In this document: piece by piece, positions 10,057-21,814 of the stretch
Position numbering within the stretch: the first letter of the stretch is position 1
Layout of the letters: the number at the start of each line of letters is the position of its first letter
Source of the DNA: an uncultured Planctomycetaceae bacterium
GTDB taxonomy: Bacteria; Planctomycetota; Planctomycetia; Isosphaerales; Isosphaeraceae
Assembly (NCBI GenBank): GCA_963833985.1
Contig: CAWIAD010000002.1
Location: 5,152,001-5,216,000 of the forward strand
Reading direction: 5' to 3'
DNA length: 64,000 bases
Made by a program: the position numbers and the translations under genes
Notes under the pieces: generated by a model
Told to the model about the DNA's origin: nothing
What the model saw: only the letters and a program-made list of their open reading frames with translations
Database searches by the model: none

Positions 10057-13000
10057 ACCCTTTGAGCGTCCTGAGTGTCGCCTCGCAGTGCTCCATCACG
10101 TCCAGCGAATGCCCGGCGCAGGGCGATGCGTCCGAGCACAATTGCGTGCGCTCCAGGCCGCCTGCTGCCCCTGATGCGTCTGGCCGCGAGGTTTCCCCGG
10201 CCGCTTCGACCGTGCTGCGCAAGACGGCTCGCCAGGCTGGCCTGACGGCGGAACTCGCCTCCCGCCTGCTCTCCGGCACCAGCACGACCGGCGCAGGGTC
10301 GATCTCCGGCGAGCATCAGTGCTTGCTCGATGAGTTCACCGAGAAATGGACGAGGGGAGAGGTCCGCGATGTGGAGACCTACCTTGCCCACATCGCTGCG
10401 CCCTCGCCTTCGATCACCATCGAGTTGATCTACCGAGAGTACTGCCTGGCGGAACTCTCAGGAGCACAGCCGGACGCTGCGTCCATCTTGAAGCGGTTCC
10501 CGCAGCATCGAACGTTGCTCGAGCGCCTCTTTTCGGTCCACCGCGAGTGCTCTGCCTCTGAACTGGACAACTGGCTTGGGCCCGCCGCAGTCGAGGCTGT
10601 CTTACCCGAGGTCGGTGACGAGATCGGGCCCTACCTGTTACGGCGCGAGCTGGGCCGGGGATCGTTCGCACGAGTTTTTCTGGCCGAGCAATGCGACCTG
10701 GAAAACCGCCTGGTCATCCTCAAGCTCTCGACCACGCCCACCCGCGAGCCCTGGCTGCTGGCACGCGCACGGCATGCCCATATTGTCGAGATCCTGTCGC
10801 ACGCCATGGTGGATGACGGGGCGTTCCAACTCATCTGCATGCCCTTTCTGGGGGGTGCAACGCTGTCGGCCGTCCTGGAGGGGCGCCGCGCGAATCCACG
10901 ACCCCGCCGCGCACGCGGTGACTTGCTCGCCGATCTGGACGCCGTGGCCGCTCCGGAATACGCCAGCGTCAATCCATCTCGTCCGGCACGTGAAATCCTC
11001 GGCCGTCTAACCGATCCCCAAGCCTTGGCGTGGATCACGGCCCGGCTGGCCGATGCGCTGGACCACGCCGCACGGCCGCGACGTGACCCACGGCGACGTC
11101 AAGCCGTCGAACATCCTGCTCACCGCCGATGGCAACCCGATGCTCCTGGACTTCAACCTGGCACGGAACTGGTCTCTTGTGAAGACTGAAGGCCCGCCCG
11201 GCGACCTGGGCGGAACACTGGTCTACATGGCGCCCGAGCGGCTTCGATCGCTGGTACAGCGGGGCTCTCTCGAAGGCAAGGACGAGGGGTCCGACGAGCG
11301 GCCTGCTGGCGTCTGGGACGACCCACACCGATCTGATATCTACTCTCTGGGACTGGTACTGCTGGAAGGGCTCACCGGCGCGTCCCCGGCGGAGGTCATC
11401 CACGACGGTGCGGCCACGGTGGGTTCTTCCACCGGGATCCGCGCACTGGCTGAAGCGTATGCCCGGTTCCACGAGAATGGAGCCACAGCCGTGATTCGCG
11501 CCTTCGAGGCCGCGGGCCGTCGGACCGTCCCGGCTGGGCTGCGCGGAATTCTGGAACGCTGCCTCGCGGCTGAGCCCGCGCGGCGGTTTCGCCGGTCGCT
11601 CGAGCTCGCGGAAGACCTGGACCGCTGGCGATCAGACTTGCCGCTGGCCTACACCACCGAGCACTTCTGGTCGCAGACCCTGCCGCGCGCGGTCCGCCGC
11701 AACAGGAGGCCGCTCGTCGCTACGGGACTGGTCCTGTTCCTCGGATCGGTTGTCGCACTCCTGGTGGTCAGCCACGACCGCTCTCACGCGTTGCTCGAGA
11801 ACCTGGCCGAGGACAAGCTGGCGAGGATCTGGGACGACATCGAAGCGCACGCCTTCCAGTTCCAGCGCCCGGGCAGTCCACATCTTCAGGACCCAGACGA
11901 GCCCGAATTGCTGGCCGCTGCGATCCGCGCGCTCAAGGAATACGATGTCTTCAGTCGCGGCGACTGGCGAGAACGAGTAGACGTGCGGAGCTTGCCGGAG
12001 AGCGACCGCAACGAGCTGGTGCTCTGGCTCATGGAACAAGCCTACCGCTACTGCCACGCACTGAGTGACCGCCCCGGGTCGCCAGCAGACTGGCGCCGGG
12101 CCGTCCATGCACTCGACCAGGTGCGTACAAGATCGGCACTTCAAGCCATGGAGCGGTTGCGCCATCGGCTCGAAGGCCGGATTGAAGCGACACAACCAGG
12201 TCCCTCGGCAGAGCGACAGCTCGTCCCAACGGTCGCTCGACAAGTGGTGCCTGAGGACGCCACGGTCGCCCCGCTAGATCCGCCCTGGCTGGACGACTAT
12301 TTGCTGGGTATCGAGGCAGAGGTTGACGGCGCGGCTAACCCTGAGCTGGTCCTCAAGCGCCAGGGCCAGGTATCAGGCCGGGGTCCAACCGAGTTCGACG
12401 CGAACGCGGAACCAACCGCCGAAATAGCTCCCGGCCTGCCCCGGGCGGCAGCAAGAGCCTTGCACTATTACGAGCGCGTCCTGTCCCGCTGTCCGGAGTC
12501 GTTCTGGGGCCATTATCGGGCCGCGGTCGTCTGCTTCCAGCTAAAGGAATGGTCCGAAGCCACCAGGCATCTCGAACGCTGTCTGAGACGGCGTTCACAG
12601 AATGCCGCCCTGCGCGGCCAGTTTGCCGCCTGCCTTCTCCAGCTCGGCTACCCGGATGATGCCTTCACGGAGGTCAGCCGTGCGGTGGACTCGTCGCCGG
12701 ATTACGCGGAGTTCTATCGCTCGCGTGCCTTCGTCCGCGTCAGTCGCGGTCAGATTGAAGGGCTGGAGGACGACCTGGGGCGCTTTGAGCTGCTCACCAG
12801 GCGGCTGACGCGGGCCTTCTTCCGCGATCCCCCGGGTCAGACCGCCGGGAATCCCCGATCTGCCCTGGTGCCGGCATCGCAGCGCGTCCTCGACCTGGAG
12901 ATGAACCCGCAGTTCACGGCCCAACCAGGCGACCCGCTGGTGGAACCCGAGGAGATTCAGCCTGATGAGCTTGACGCCCGCCTTGCGCTGGCGGCCACGA

Positions 13001-13602
13001 TCATCGGCAAGGTCAGTGCGAAACCGGCGCGTGAGGATGTCGGCCTGGTTGAGCACGACACTCCAATAGCAAAGATCAGCACCCCGGCGGCGCTCAAGAT
13101 CGCGGACGCCGAACTCGAGAAGATCCTCGTTCTCGACCCGCAGCACGTCACCGCCCGCATGGAACGGATGATGCAATACCTGGAGCTCGGACGATACCGC
13201 GAGGCCCGCAACGATCTCGATGTCGTCCTCGACCGCGCCCTGCTGATCCGATATCTCCGTGAAGACCCACAGGGCTTCAAATTCTTCTATCTTGCGGCTC
13301 AGCGGTTCGCCCGCTACGGTCTGCACGCCGAGGCTTTGAAGCTGGCAGACATGGCGGTTCGTTGTAGCAACGAGCTGAGGCGATATCAGGGCCGGTCGCA
13401 TTACTACAAGGCGACCGTGCTGAGCCTCGCCGCACGATCCGAACCGGCCCAGGCCGCCCTCGCCGCACAGGAGCTTCGGTTCGCGTTTCTGGCCAACCCC
13501 AGGTACAAGGAGTGGTACCAGCGCGACAGGCTCTTCGACCCGGTGCGGATCCAGGTCGACGCGGCGCTCGATCAGTCACCCGAAATCAGCAGGGTCGAGT
13601 AA
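10047..13602 (+). CDS. Membrane Ser/Thr protein kinase with C-terminal TPR-like region; frameshift near 11070
   Basis: ORF 10047-11189 has the G-loop LGRGSFARVFLA and VILK. ORF 11053-13602 has HGDVKPSN, DFNL, GTLVYMAPE, SDIYSLG, a TM helix and helical repeats. Confidence 0.85.
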
Positions 13603-13689
13603 CTTCCTCCGCACCTGTCAGCGCGGATGCCGATCTCTGCCGGTGCAACGCCGGCAGCCTGGATCGATCGGATCCGCGGGGCGAACGGT

Positions 13690-14466
13690 TCAGTGGCCGG
13701 CGTGTCGTCTCCCGGCCCGCCACTTCGACACTCCGCAGCTCACACATCCAGAATGGCTGTCCGCGGTGCCGCAGTCCGCGGACTGCCTCGGACCTTCGAC
13801 CGCCTCGGCCGCGCTCACGGATTGACCGGCAAGTGAGGCACGACTGCAACCCCCGTCCCCACAATCACAGTCTCCGCACCGCCGGGACATCGCGGGATCT
13901 GATGGAGGCGGCTCAATGCCCGAACCGTTCGCTACGGCCGGCTCGAGATGAATATCCAGATTCAGTCGAGCGCGAAACTCGGCGCGCAGCAACGAGACTT
14001 CACCATCCACCGCGCCCAGCACGTGGAGGATTGTCGTCTCCGGGTCCAGCAACGGCTCGACATCAATCAACTCCAGCGGCCATCCCCCATCCTGGAGGAT
14101 CCGCAGGCAGAGCGGAAACCGCTCGGCACCGAGCCATCGCGATCGCCTGGCATCCTCCAGATCGGCCTGCGCGGCCAGGCGCAGCAGCGCGGGATGATCC
14201 AGGCCGGAACGGGTGTGGGAATCTGGCTCGCGGTTTTCTGGTCCGGAAAATGACAGGCCCGGCTGCGCCTCCCGAGAGGCCTCGGAGGAGCTGTATGGGC
14301 CTCCAGCGACAAGCACCTCACCGAGCTCGACCCCGCGATCGGTCTGAACCACCACGGCCTGCCCGCGCTTCAGACGCGCGGTAAAGCCTGCGCCGGGATC
14401 AACCCGGAATCGTCCCACGTGGCCCATGAGTCCATAGCGAACCAGGCAAGCCGGCACTTCGTCCAT
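13690..14466 (-). CDS. PSP1/RicT-like protein with Cys-rich C-terminus
   Basis: 'LVRYGLMGHVGRF...RGQAVVVQTDRGVELGEVL', 'LIDVEPLLD', tail CGDCDCGDGGC...CVSCG. Confidence 0.6.
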   Translation of the reverse strand: MDEVPACLVRYGLMGHVGRFRVDPGAGFTARLKRGQAVVVQTDRGVELGEVLVAGGPYSSSEASREAQPGLSFSGPENREPDSHTRSGLDHPALLRLAAQADLEDARRSRWLGAERFPLCLRILQDGGWPLELIDVEPLLDPETTILHVLGAVDGEVSLLRAEFRARLNLDIHLEPAVANGSGIEPPPSDPAMSRRCGDCDCGDGGCSRASLAGQSVSAAEAVEGPRQSADCGTADSHSGCVSCGVSKWRAGRRHAGH

Positions 14467-14802
14467 GGCATGATCTCAATCGGCAGAAGCCCAGCCTGGC
14501 TCTTCAGGCCCGAGGGGCCAGTCTCATCGGCATTCCATGAGACAGGAATTACCTGTTCCTGGCAAGGTGCCATGCCCGATCACCAGTCTCCCTGACAGGC
14601 ACTGATTGGCGGACAAGGGAAACATTTGAACAGAACGGGTGTCAGAAGGGTCGGGTTCACGCGACTGCCGACGAGTTCTATAATTGCAAATCCTGAAGTC
14701 AGTGCCAATGGAGAGCCGCATCCGGGATGAGCCGTGAAACCGGACGCGCTTTCGACCGGGGGGAGTCGGTGACGTGCGTGTGGAATGCACAAGGCAAAGC
14801 CG

Positions 14803-16989
14803 ATGAGCCAGGCGCGATGCACCCTGAGCGTGCAAGGGCTGGATTGCCCCAACGAGATCGGTATCCTGCGCGCGCGCTGGAGGGCCTGCCCGGCGTCCAC
14901 CGCCTGGGATTTGACCTGATCAACGGGTTGATGACCGTGGATTATGAGTCCGGTGTGACCGATCCAGCCCTGCTCTTGCGGCGGGTTCGCGAGCAGGCGG
15001 GTATGCACGCGGAGCTGGCCGGACAGCCTGCGCCGTCGGCTCCCGCGAAGCCTCACTGGTGGACGCGCAACGGGCGCTGGGCCGCGACCCTCAGTTCCGG
15101 GCTGATGCTGGCGGTCGGCCTGGTGGCAGTCTGGTCGGGCAGGATGCTCGGACTTGATCAGCAAACCCTGCGGAGGCTGGTCGAGAGTTGTTTCGCCGCC
15201 TCGGTGTGTTGCGGGGGCGTCTGGCTCGGTCCCCGCGCGTTTCAGAGTGTCCGCCGCTTCCGGATGGACATCGATGTGCTCATGGCGCTGGCCATCCTGG
15301 GTGCGATCGTGCTGGGGCAGTGGGACGAGGCGGCCACCGTGGCCTTCCTCTTCGGGCTTTCCGAGTCGCTCGAGTCTCTCAGCCTGGAGCGCGCCCGGCG
15401 GGCGATCCGCAGCCTTCTCGAGGTGGCACCCCAGAACGCCGAACGAATCTCGGCCGACGGATCCACCGAGCGAATCCCCGCGGGGCAGGTTCGTACGGGC
15501 GACCGCGTCCTGGTTCGGGCCGGCGATACCATCCCGATCGACGGCCTTGTGACCAGGGGACGGTCGAGCGTGGATCAGAAGTCGATCACGGGCGAGTCCG
15601 TCCCGGTGGACCGCGGTCCCGGCGACCCCGTCTACGCGGGGACGGTCAGCGGGGAAGGCACGCTCGAGATCGAGGCCAGCGGTCCGGCGAGCCATTCCTT
15701 GATTGCGCGGATCGTGGCCCAGGTCCGCGAGGCGCAGTCGGGACGGGCGGCCGTCGAGCGGCGGATCAGCCGGTTCGCCGCCGTCTATACGCCCATCGTC
15801 GTGGCCCTCTCACTCCTGGTCATGATCGCTCCACCGCTATTGTCCTGGGCGTCGGCGGCGAACCGCGCCATGCCCGACGGGTCGGTCTGGCAGGCCTGGT
15901 TCTACAAGGGGCTGGTGATCCTGGTCATTGCGTGCCCGTGTGCCCTGGTCATCGCCACGCCGGTGGCCGTGGTCAGCGGCCTGGCGGCGGCAGCCAGGGC
16001 GGGAGTGCTCATCAAGGGGGGTGAATTCCTGGAGGAGATTGGTCGCCTCCGTGCCCTGGCCTTCGACAAGACCGGAACGCTCACGCTCGGCCAGCCGGAC
16101 GTCGTTGAGGTGGTCTGTGCCCCGGGGAACGATGATCAGGAGCAGGTGCTACGCATCGCCGCGGCACTCGGGGACCGGGGCGGCCATGTTCTGGGGAAGG
16201 CCATTGCGCGCGATCGCGCGGCTTGCGGCTGGACGTGCCCATGGCCGACGATTACCACGCCATTCCGGGCAAGGGCGCGCTCGGACGGGTGGACGCGGTC
16301 GAGTACCACGTGGGAAGCCACCGCTACATCGACGAGGCCGGACTCTGCCATCCGGCCTTCCATGACGAGCTGGGCAAGGCGGAGAACGGAGTCGGAACAT
16401 CGGTGGCCATCACCACGCCGTCCGGTCCGCTGGGCTGGATTCGTCTGGCCGACCAGCCTCGGCCCGAGGCGGCAGGAGTTGTCGCCGCGCTGCATGAGCT
16501 GGGGCTCCGCACGATCATGCTCACCGGGGACAATGCCCGGACGGCCTCCGCGATGGCCCGCGCGCTGGGCGTCGGCGAAGAACGCGCCGAGCTCCTGCCT
16601 GCCGATAAGGTTTCCGCCATCTCGGATCTCTCCGCCCGCCATGGTCCCACCGGCATGGTCGGCGACGGCGTCAATGACGCCCCTGCCCTGGCCGCGGCCC
16701 GGGTGAGCATTGCCCTCGGCGGCATCTCCAGCGGCGCCGCGCTGGAAACCGCCGACATCGTCCTGATGGGGGACGACTTCGCCGCCTCCCCTGGCTGATT
16801 CGCCACAGTCGCGCCACCCTCCGGCGCATCCGGCAGAATATCGCCCTGGCCCTTCTCACCAAGGCTTTCGTGCTCTTCCTGGCTCTTTTTGGATACGCGA
16901 ATCTGTGGATGGCCATCGCCGCGGATGTCGGCACGACGCTCGTGGTGATCGCCAATTCACTGCGGCTGCTCCGCCCGGAAGGCCGCTGA
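14803..16989 (+). CDS. Heavy-metal-translocating P1B-type ATPase (ZntA/CadA-like); frameshifts near 14870, 16215 and 16790
   Basis: HMA-like start 'VQGLDCPNE', TGES, CPC, DKTGTLT, MLTGD, GDGVNDAPALA, and C-terminus 'ADVGTTLVVIANSLRLL', spread over several frames. Confidence 0.85.
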
Positions 16990-17118
16990 CCCTTCCTGGT
17001 GGTGGCACGCCTCTCCCTTCACGACGGCCCGATTTGATTGCGTGACGGCACCGTTTTTTCTGGCAGAAACAAAGAATTCCGCCCCCGCGACCTGCAACAT
17101 CACGTTTTGAGAGCTGGC

Positions 17119-17814
17119 ATGGACCTTTTGCACCCCCGAGAACCGATCAATACGTGGAGCCATGGATTGTGGCTGCTAATCGCCCTGGCCGGCATCATCG
17201 TGCTCTGGCAGCGAGGTCGCGGCGACCGCGCCAAGCAGGCGAGTCTCCTGGTCTACGGGTTTTGCCTGGTGTTCTGTTCGTTGTGCAGTACGCTCTATCA
17301 CGGCGTTCGGCTTCCTCCTAGGAGCATCAGGCCGTTCGAGCTTCTGGATCATGTCGGGATCTACATGCTCATCGCGGGAACCTATACGCCGATTGCCTGG
17401 TCGTTCCTGCGGCGGCACTGGAGAAGCGGTGTTCTCGGCCTGGTGTGGTTCTGGGCGGCAGTGGGGATCACGATCCGTCTCACGCATGAGTCCTTGCCGA
17501 TCTGGCTGTCCACGGGGTTCTACCTGGGAATGGGATGGGGCGCCATCTTCTGCTACTTCGAGATGGCACGCCGACTGTCTCATCGCGCGATGTTCCCCAT
17601 TGTCGCAGGCGGTGTTCTCTATACCGTGGGAGCCATCTTCAATCTCCTCAAGGAACCGGTTCTGTGGCCCGGGGTGTTTCAGGCCCACGAGCTCTTCCAC
17701 CTCTTCGTGGTGGCCGCAAGCATGTGCCATTTCTACTTCATGGTCTCGGTGGTGGTTCCGTCCGAGATCGAAGCTCAACCCACGGCCGGGTGTGCTCTGG
17801 GACTCGAGTCATAG
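17119..17814 (+). CDS. Hemolysin III / PAQR family membrane protein
   Basis: 'EPINTWSHG', 'STLYH', 'LDHVGIYMLIAGTYTP', 'HELFHLFV'; about 7 TM helices. Confidence 0.9.
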   Translation: MDLLHPREPINTWSHGLWLLIALAGIIVLWQRGRGDRAKQASLLVYGFCLVFCSLCSTLYHGVRLPPRSIRPFELLDHVGIYMLIAGTYTPIAWSFLRRHWRSGVLGLVWFWAAVGITIRLTHESLPIWLSTGFYLGMGWGAIFCYFEMARRLSHRAMFPIVAGGVLYTVGAIFNLLKEPVLWPGVFQAHELFHLFVVAASMCHFYFMVSVVVPSEIEAQPTAGCALGLES

Positions 17815-19125
17815 CTCGGGACTCGAACCGCCCCCCCCGTAGAGACGAGAAGCAACCGACTGAACGAACTTCAGGAGCCTCTGAAGACCCCACCCTGCCC
17901 AACCCTCCCGCGCAGGCTCAGCCTGCGAGCGGCTCCGCGCATAGGGTTCAGAGGGCTGGGCGTTGAGGGTTGGCTGGCCCTGCGCCTGAAGTGATTCGAT
18001 CTCGCGCTCGAGGTCGGCCACGCCGGCGACGCTCGTGAGCACTTCGAGTGTCGTCTCGACCACGTAGCGTCCATCCACGGGGAGGGTGACCACCCGGTCC
18101 CTGGACTTCTCGAAGGCTTTGGGATTGGGATAATTCGTGCCGGGCTCCAGCCCCGTGACGTAACCCTCGCGCTGGCCGGCGGTGTTCTTCCAGAGCGTGA
18201 AGCAGGGAAGCTGGTCCTTGTGAAAGCGCAGTACGACGGCCTTGTCGCCCTCGCTGTTCCTCAGCATGGCGAGCGTTTCGCTGCCGCGGCCTGATTGTGC
18301 GTGTAGCTCGTAGAAGTAAACTTGCTCGTTGAAACCTGGCTCGGGCGGCCTGAAGCGAAGATGCTCCGCGAGGCCCTCCGCGGCGTGGGCGTCTCGCGGG
18401 GTGATCGCCCGCAAGGGAGCGGCAAAGCGTGCGCCCGCTTCCAGAAACGGGGGCCCGAAGTTCCAGTGGTAAAGGACCTGCATGTCCACGGGCCGGTCCC
18501 TCAGGTTCACGAACTCGTCGCGCACGACCAGCCGGTTGGACCCGGGGATTGTCGAGACCTTGCAGATCATCCGGACTTGCGGACCAAAGAGGTGCGACTC
18601 CTCGACGTGCCCTTCAACAGTAATCTCGTGGGGAGGCTGATCGGCCACGTGCACCGCGACGAACGAGGCCGGCGTGTTGGCGATCTTGCCGTGCAAGCCG
18701 TAAGTCGTGTTGCTCTCCGAGCCATCGGCCTGCCTGACCTTGATCTCGAAAGGAGCGCCACTCCAGCCAAGACCGCAACGCGCCAGCAACTCGTCGAAGC
18801 CGTCTAGCCAGCCCAGGCCGCCAAGACCGCTCAGGTTTACGAAAGCCGGATTTACGGGACCGTCGGTCACCGGGGAATCCCAGCCCAGCCGGAAGTCCTG
18901 GTACGAGCCTTTCCACAGCCCCATCCCGCGTGTGGGAATGACCGCAAAGGAAATGGCTCCGCCCTGGACCTCGACCAGATCGACGCCGTCCCTGCGACCC
19001 CCACGCAGCCTTCGTTTGCGCACCGAGCAGCGGGATGGCGAGGAGAGGCCCAGGCTCTGTTCGTCGATCCTGAAGTCTTCCACCCACACGTCGTGGGCCA
19101 GATCGGTGAGCACGAAGGTCGCCAT
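17809..19125 (-). CDS. Aldose 1-epimerase-like DUF4432 protein
   Basis: 'LRGGRRDGVD', 'PTRGMG', 'LHGKIAN', 'LYHWNFG', 'YVTGLEPGTNYPN'. The C-terminal end may be affected by an indel. Confidence 0.8.
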   Translation of the reverse strand: MATFVLTDLAHDVWVEDFRIDEQSLGLSSPSRCSVRKRRLRGGRRDGVDLVEVQGGAISFAVIPTRGMGLWKGSYQDFRLGWDSPVTDGPVNPAFVNLSGLGGLGWLDGFDELLARCGLGWSGAPFEIKVRQADGSESNTTYGLHGKIANTPASFVAVHVADQPPHEITVEGHVEESHLFGPQVRMICKVSTIPGSNRLVVRDEFVNLRDRPVDMQVLYHWNFGPPFLEAGARFAAPLRAITPRDAHAAEGLAEHLRFRPPEPGFNEQVYFYELHAQSGRGSETLAMLRNSEGDKAVVLRFHKDQLPCFTLWKNTAGQREGYVTGLEPGTNYPNPKAFEKSRDRVVTLPVDGRYVVETTLEVLTSVAGVADLEREIESLQAQGQPTLNAQPSEPYARSRSQAEPAREGWAGWGLQRLLKFVQSVASRLYGGGGSSPEL

Positions 19126-19418
19126 GGCGGTTCGCTCTTGCGTTTGGTGGATGTTGTGGGGGAGCGGCCGGTGTCCTGTAGCATGCGCCAGAGACATTGC
19201 CGGGGCAATGACCCTCCCGGCGATCCGCCTGGGCCTCTTGCATGGTTGACTCGAAGCGCCGCTCGCGATTAGCCTGAGCAGAGCGCACCAGTCGCCTTCG
19301 CGGCCGGATTCTCTCACTTCGGGGCCCGATTTGAGCGTTCCTGCTGAATTTCATCAGAGCAGCCGGTCGAGCGTCGAACTCCTCAACACGATTACCTCAC
19401 CAGAAGGAGTGCACCGCC

Positions 19419-20453
19419 ATGGCGCAGCCTCACGACTTGCATGACCGAGAGGCGGAGAACTGCATGGAACTGTCGCGCCGCGATCTCTTGCGGACCCTCA
19501 GTGCGGGAGTCCTCGCGGGATCCGTCCCGCTGCTGGGCCAGACGGCGGCCGCCCGCGCCGGGCAAGACAAGGTCGGGCCGTCTGCATCCGAGCGTGCCGA
19601 GACGGCTGTGGCGCGATTCTACACTTCGCTCTCGAAGGACCAGCGGCAGCGCATCTGCTTCCCGTTCAACCACCCGCTTCGCTCGGTGGTCAAGAACAAC
19701 TGGGCCATCGTCGACCCGAGCATCGGTGACATGAACAAGGATCAGCAGGCGCTTTGCCGCGAGATCATGAAGGGCCTTTGCAGCGACGAGGGCTACGAGC
19801 GATTCATGAAGCAGATGAGCGACGACGAGGCGGACGGATTTGCCGCCTACCACGTGGCCGTCTTCGGCGAGCCGGGAACCGACAAGCCGTTCGAGTGGGT
19901 CCTGACCGGACGGCATGACACCCTCCGGGCCGATGGCAACAGCCTCGAGGGGGCCGCGTTCGGCGGACCGATTTTCTACGGGCACGCTGCCGACGGCCAC
20001 TTCAACGAGGACGCCAAGCACACCAACAACGTCTGGTGGTACCAGGGCGAGCAAGCCAACAAGATTTTCCAGACGCTGGATGACAAGCAGCAGGCCGAGG
20101 CGCTGATCAACAAGGGGGAGGAGGACGACTCGCGAAGCGTCCAGCTGAAAGGACCGAAGCTGGCTCCCCGCGGCCTGGCGGTCGCCGGGCTGGACAGCCA
20201 GCAGAAGGAGATGGTCCGGGTGCTCCTGGAGATGATGCTTCGTCCTTTCCGGGCCTGCGACGCCCTCGAGGTCCAGGAATGCCTCGCCTCTGCTGGCGGT
20301 CCTGACAAGCTGCGGCTCACCTACTTCAAGGAAGGCGATATCGGCCAGGACAGGATCTGGGATATCTGGAAGCTGGAAGGCCCTGCCTTCGCCTGGTACT
20401 TCCGGGGGTCCCCTCACGTGCACACCTGGCTGAACGTGGCTCGGAAGGCCTGA
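19419..20453 (+). CDS. Tat-exported DUF3500 domain protein
   Basis: SRRDLL twin-arginine motif; 'VFGEPG...WVLTGRH', 'GGPIFYGH', 'FRGSPHVHTW'. Confidence 0.75.
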   Translation: MAQPHDLHDREAENCMELSRRDLLRTLSAGVLAGSVPLLGQTAAARAGQDKVGPSASERAETAVARFYTSLSKDQRQRICFPFNHPLRSVVKNNWAIVDPSIGDMNKDQQALCREIMKGLCSDEGYERFMKQMSDDEADGFAAYHVAVFGEPGTDKPFEWVLTGRHDTLRADGNSLEGAAFGGPIFYGHAADGHFNEDAKHTNNVWWYQGEQANKIFQTLDDKQQAEALINKGEEDDSRSVQLKGPKLAPRGLAVAGLDSQQKEMVRVLLEMMLRPFRACDALEVQECLASAGGPDKLRLTYFKEGDIGQDRIWDIWKLEGPAFAWYFRGSPHVHTWLNVARKA

Positions 20454-20698
20454 ACCTGCCGGCAAGAGCCAGATCTCGGGCCCGGGTCGCTTTCGAGGTC
20501 CCGGGCCAACTGCACCCGAATCGCCGGCCTCGTGGCCGGCATGTACCAGCCGGATCGAAAAGGCGCCGTGGGCCACTACCAGGCTCTTGACGGCGGAAGT
20601 GGTGGTTCCAGAGAATTCAATGCGAGCTACGAGATCCATGACGGATCATTCCCTGCGATACCTGGATTGGTTTCCAACAACGTGAGCGAGGCGGCCCC

Positions 20699-21727
20699 AT
20701 GAGAGCGATCTGTGTACGGATCGGTATCGTTGCGTTAGCCGGTAGCGGGCTCGTCGCCGCTTCGTCTCAGCCCCCGCGTCCGGCTTCCACCCCGGCCGCG
20801 CCGGCTACCGCGCAGCCAGCCAACGCGCAACCGCCAGCAGCGCCGGCGGTCCCGCCGGAGCAGAAAGCGATTGCCGACCGGATCGCGGGATTCGCGAACG
20901 CCTTCAGCACGGCCGACGCAAGGGCCCTTGCCGACTTCTTCACCAGCGAGGTCGTGGTGACCGATCCCGAGGGCGCCGAGACGCGCGGCAAAGATGCCGT
21001 GACCCAGATGTATGCCGCCTCATTGCAGGAGAACCCGGGCCTGCGGCTCGAATCGCAGGTCGAGGAGACTCGCTTCATCACAGCCGACGTCGCCCGGGTG
21101 GAAGGACGGTCAAGGCTCTTCTCGGCCAAGGGCGACGCCGCGGAGTTCACCCGCTTCAGTGCGCTGCTCGTCCGCAAGAACGGGCTCTGGCAAGCCGCCG
21201 AACTTCGGGAATCGGCCGCGCCGGCCGAAGACGTCGCCCCCTATGACCGGCTCAAGGAGCTCGAGTGGATGGTCGGGCACTGGATCGACGACAGCGGGAC
21301 GAACCGGGTCGAGGCCGACGTTCGCTGGGCGGACAACAACAGCTATCTCGTCCGCACCTACAGTGCCCAGGTACAGGGCCAGAAGCCGACCTCCGGCACC
21401 ACGTTCATCGGCTGGGATCCGCAATCCGGCCAGATCAAGTCCTGGAACTTCGACTCCGATGGCGGCCATGGCGAGGGTCTCTGGACCCGGACCAACGAGA
21501 CGGTGTGGGTCGTCAAGGCTCAGGGCGTACTGCGCGACGGCCGCCCGACGTCCGCAACTCTCATCCACACAACGCTCAACAAGGATTCGATCAAGACCAA
21601 CTCGGTCGACCGTATCGTTGGCGGCCAGGTGGCTCCCGACATTACCGACGTGGTGATGGTCCGTCAGCCGCCCCAGCCAGGTCTGGCTACGCCCGCCTCG
21701 GGCGCTGCCGCAGGAGCTCCGAAGTAA
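20699..21727 (+). CDS. Secreted NTF2-like (DUF4440/SgcJ-type) two-domain protein
   Basis: Signal peptide; SnoaL-like N-domain; 'LKELEWMVGHW...IGWDP...IKSWNFDSDGGHGEG' C-domain. Confidence 0.7.
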   Translation: MRAICVRIGIVALAGSGLVAASSQPPRPASTPAAPATAQPANAQPPAAPAVPPEQKAIADRIAGFANAFSTADARALADFFTSEVVVTDPEGAETRGKDAVTQMYAASLQENPGLRLESQVEETRFITADVARVEGRSRLFSAKGDAAEFTRFSALLVRKNGLWQAAELRESAAPAEDVAPYDRLKELEWMVGHWIDDSGTNRVEADVRWADNNSYLVRTYSAQVQGQKPTSGTTFIGWDPQSGQIKSWNFDSDGGHGEGLWTRTNETVWVVKAQGVLRDGRPTSATLIHTTLNKDSIKTNSVDRIVGGQVAPDITDVVMVRQPPQPGLATPASGAAAGAPK

Positions 21728-21814
21728 CGTCTCAGCGGATCCTTGCCTTCGACATTCCATGTGACATACCAATCCCTCGTCTTCTCCGGCCGGAATGGGC
21801 CTTCGAGGATCTTT

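Noticed and set aside
17119..17814. Hemolysin III as a toxin or virulence factor
   Set aside because: PAQR/HlyIII proteins are widespread membrane-homeostasis proteins; nothing unusual here.
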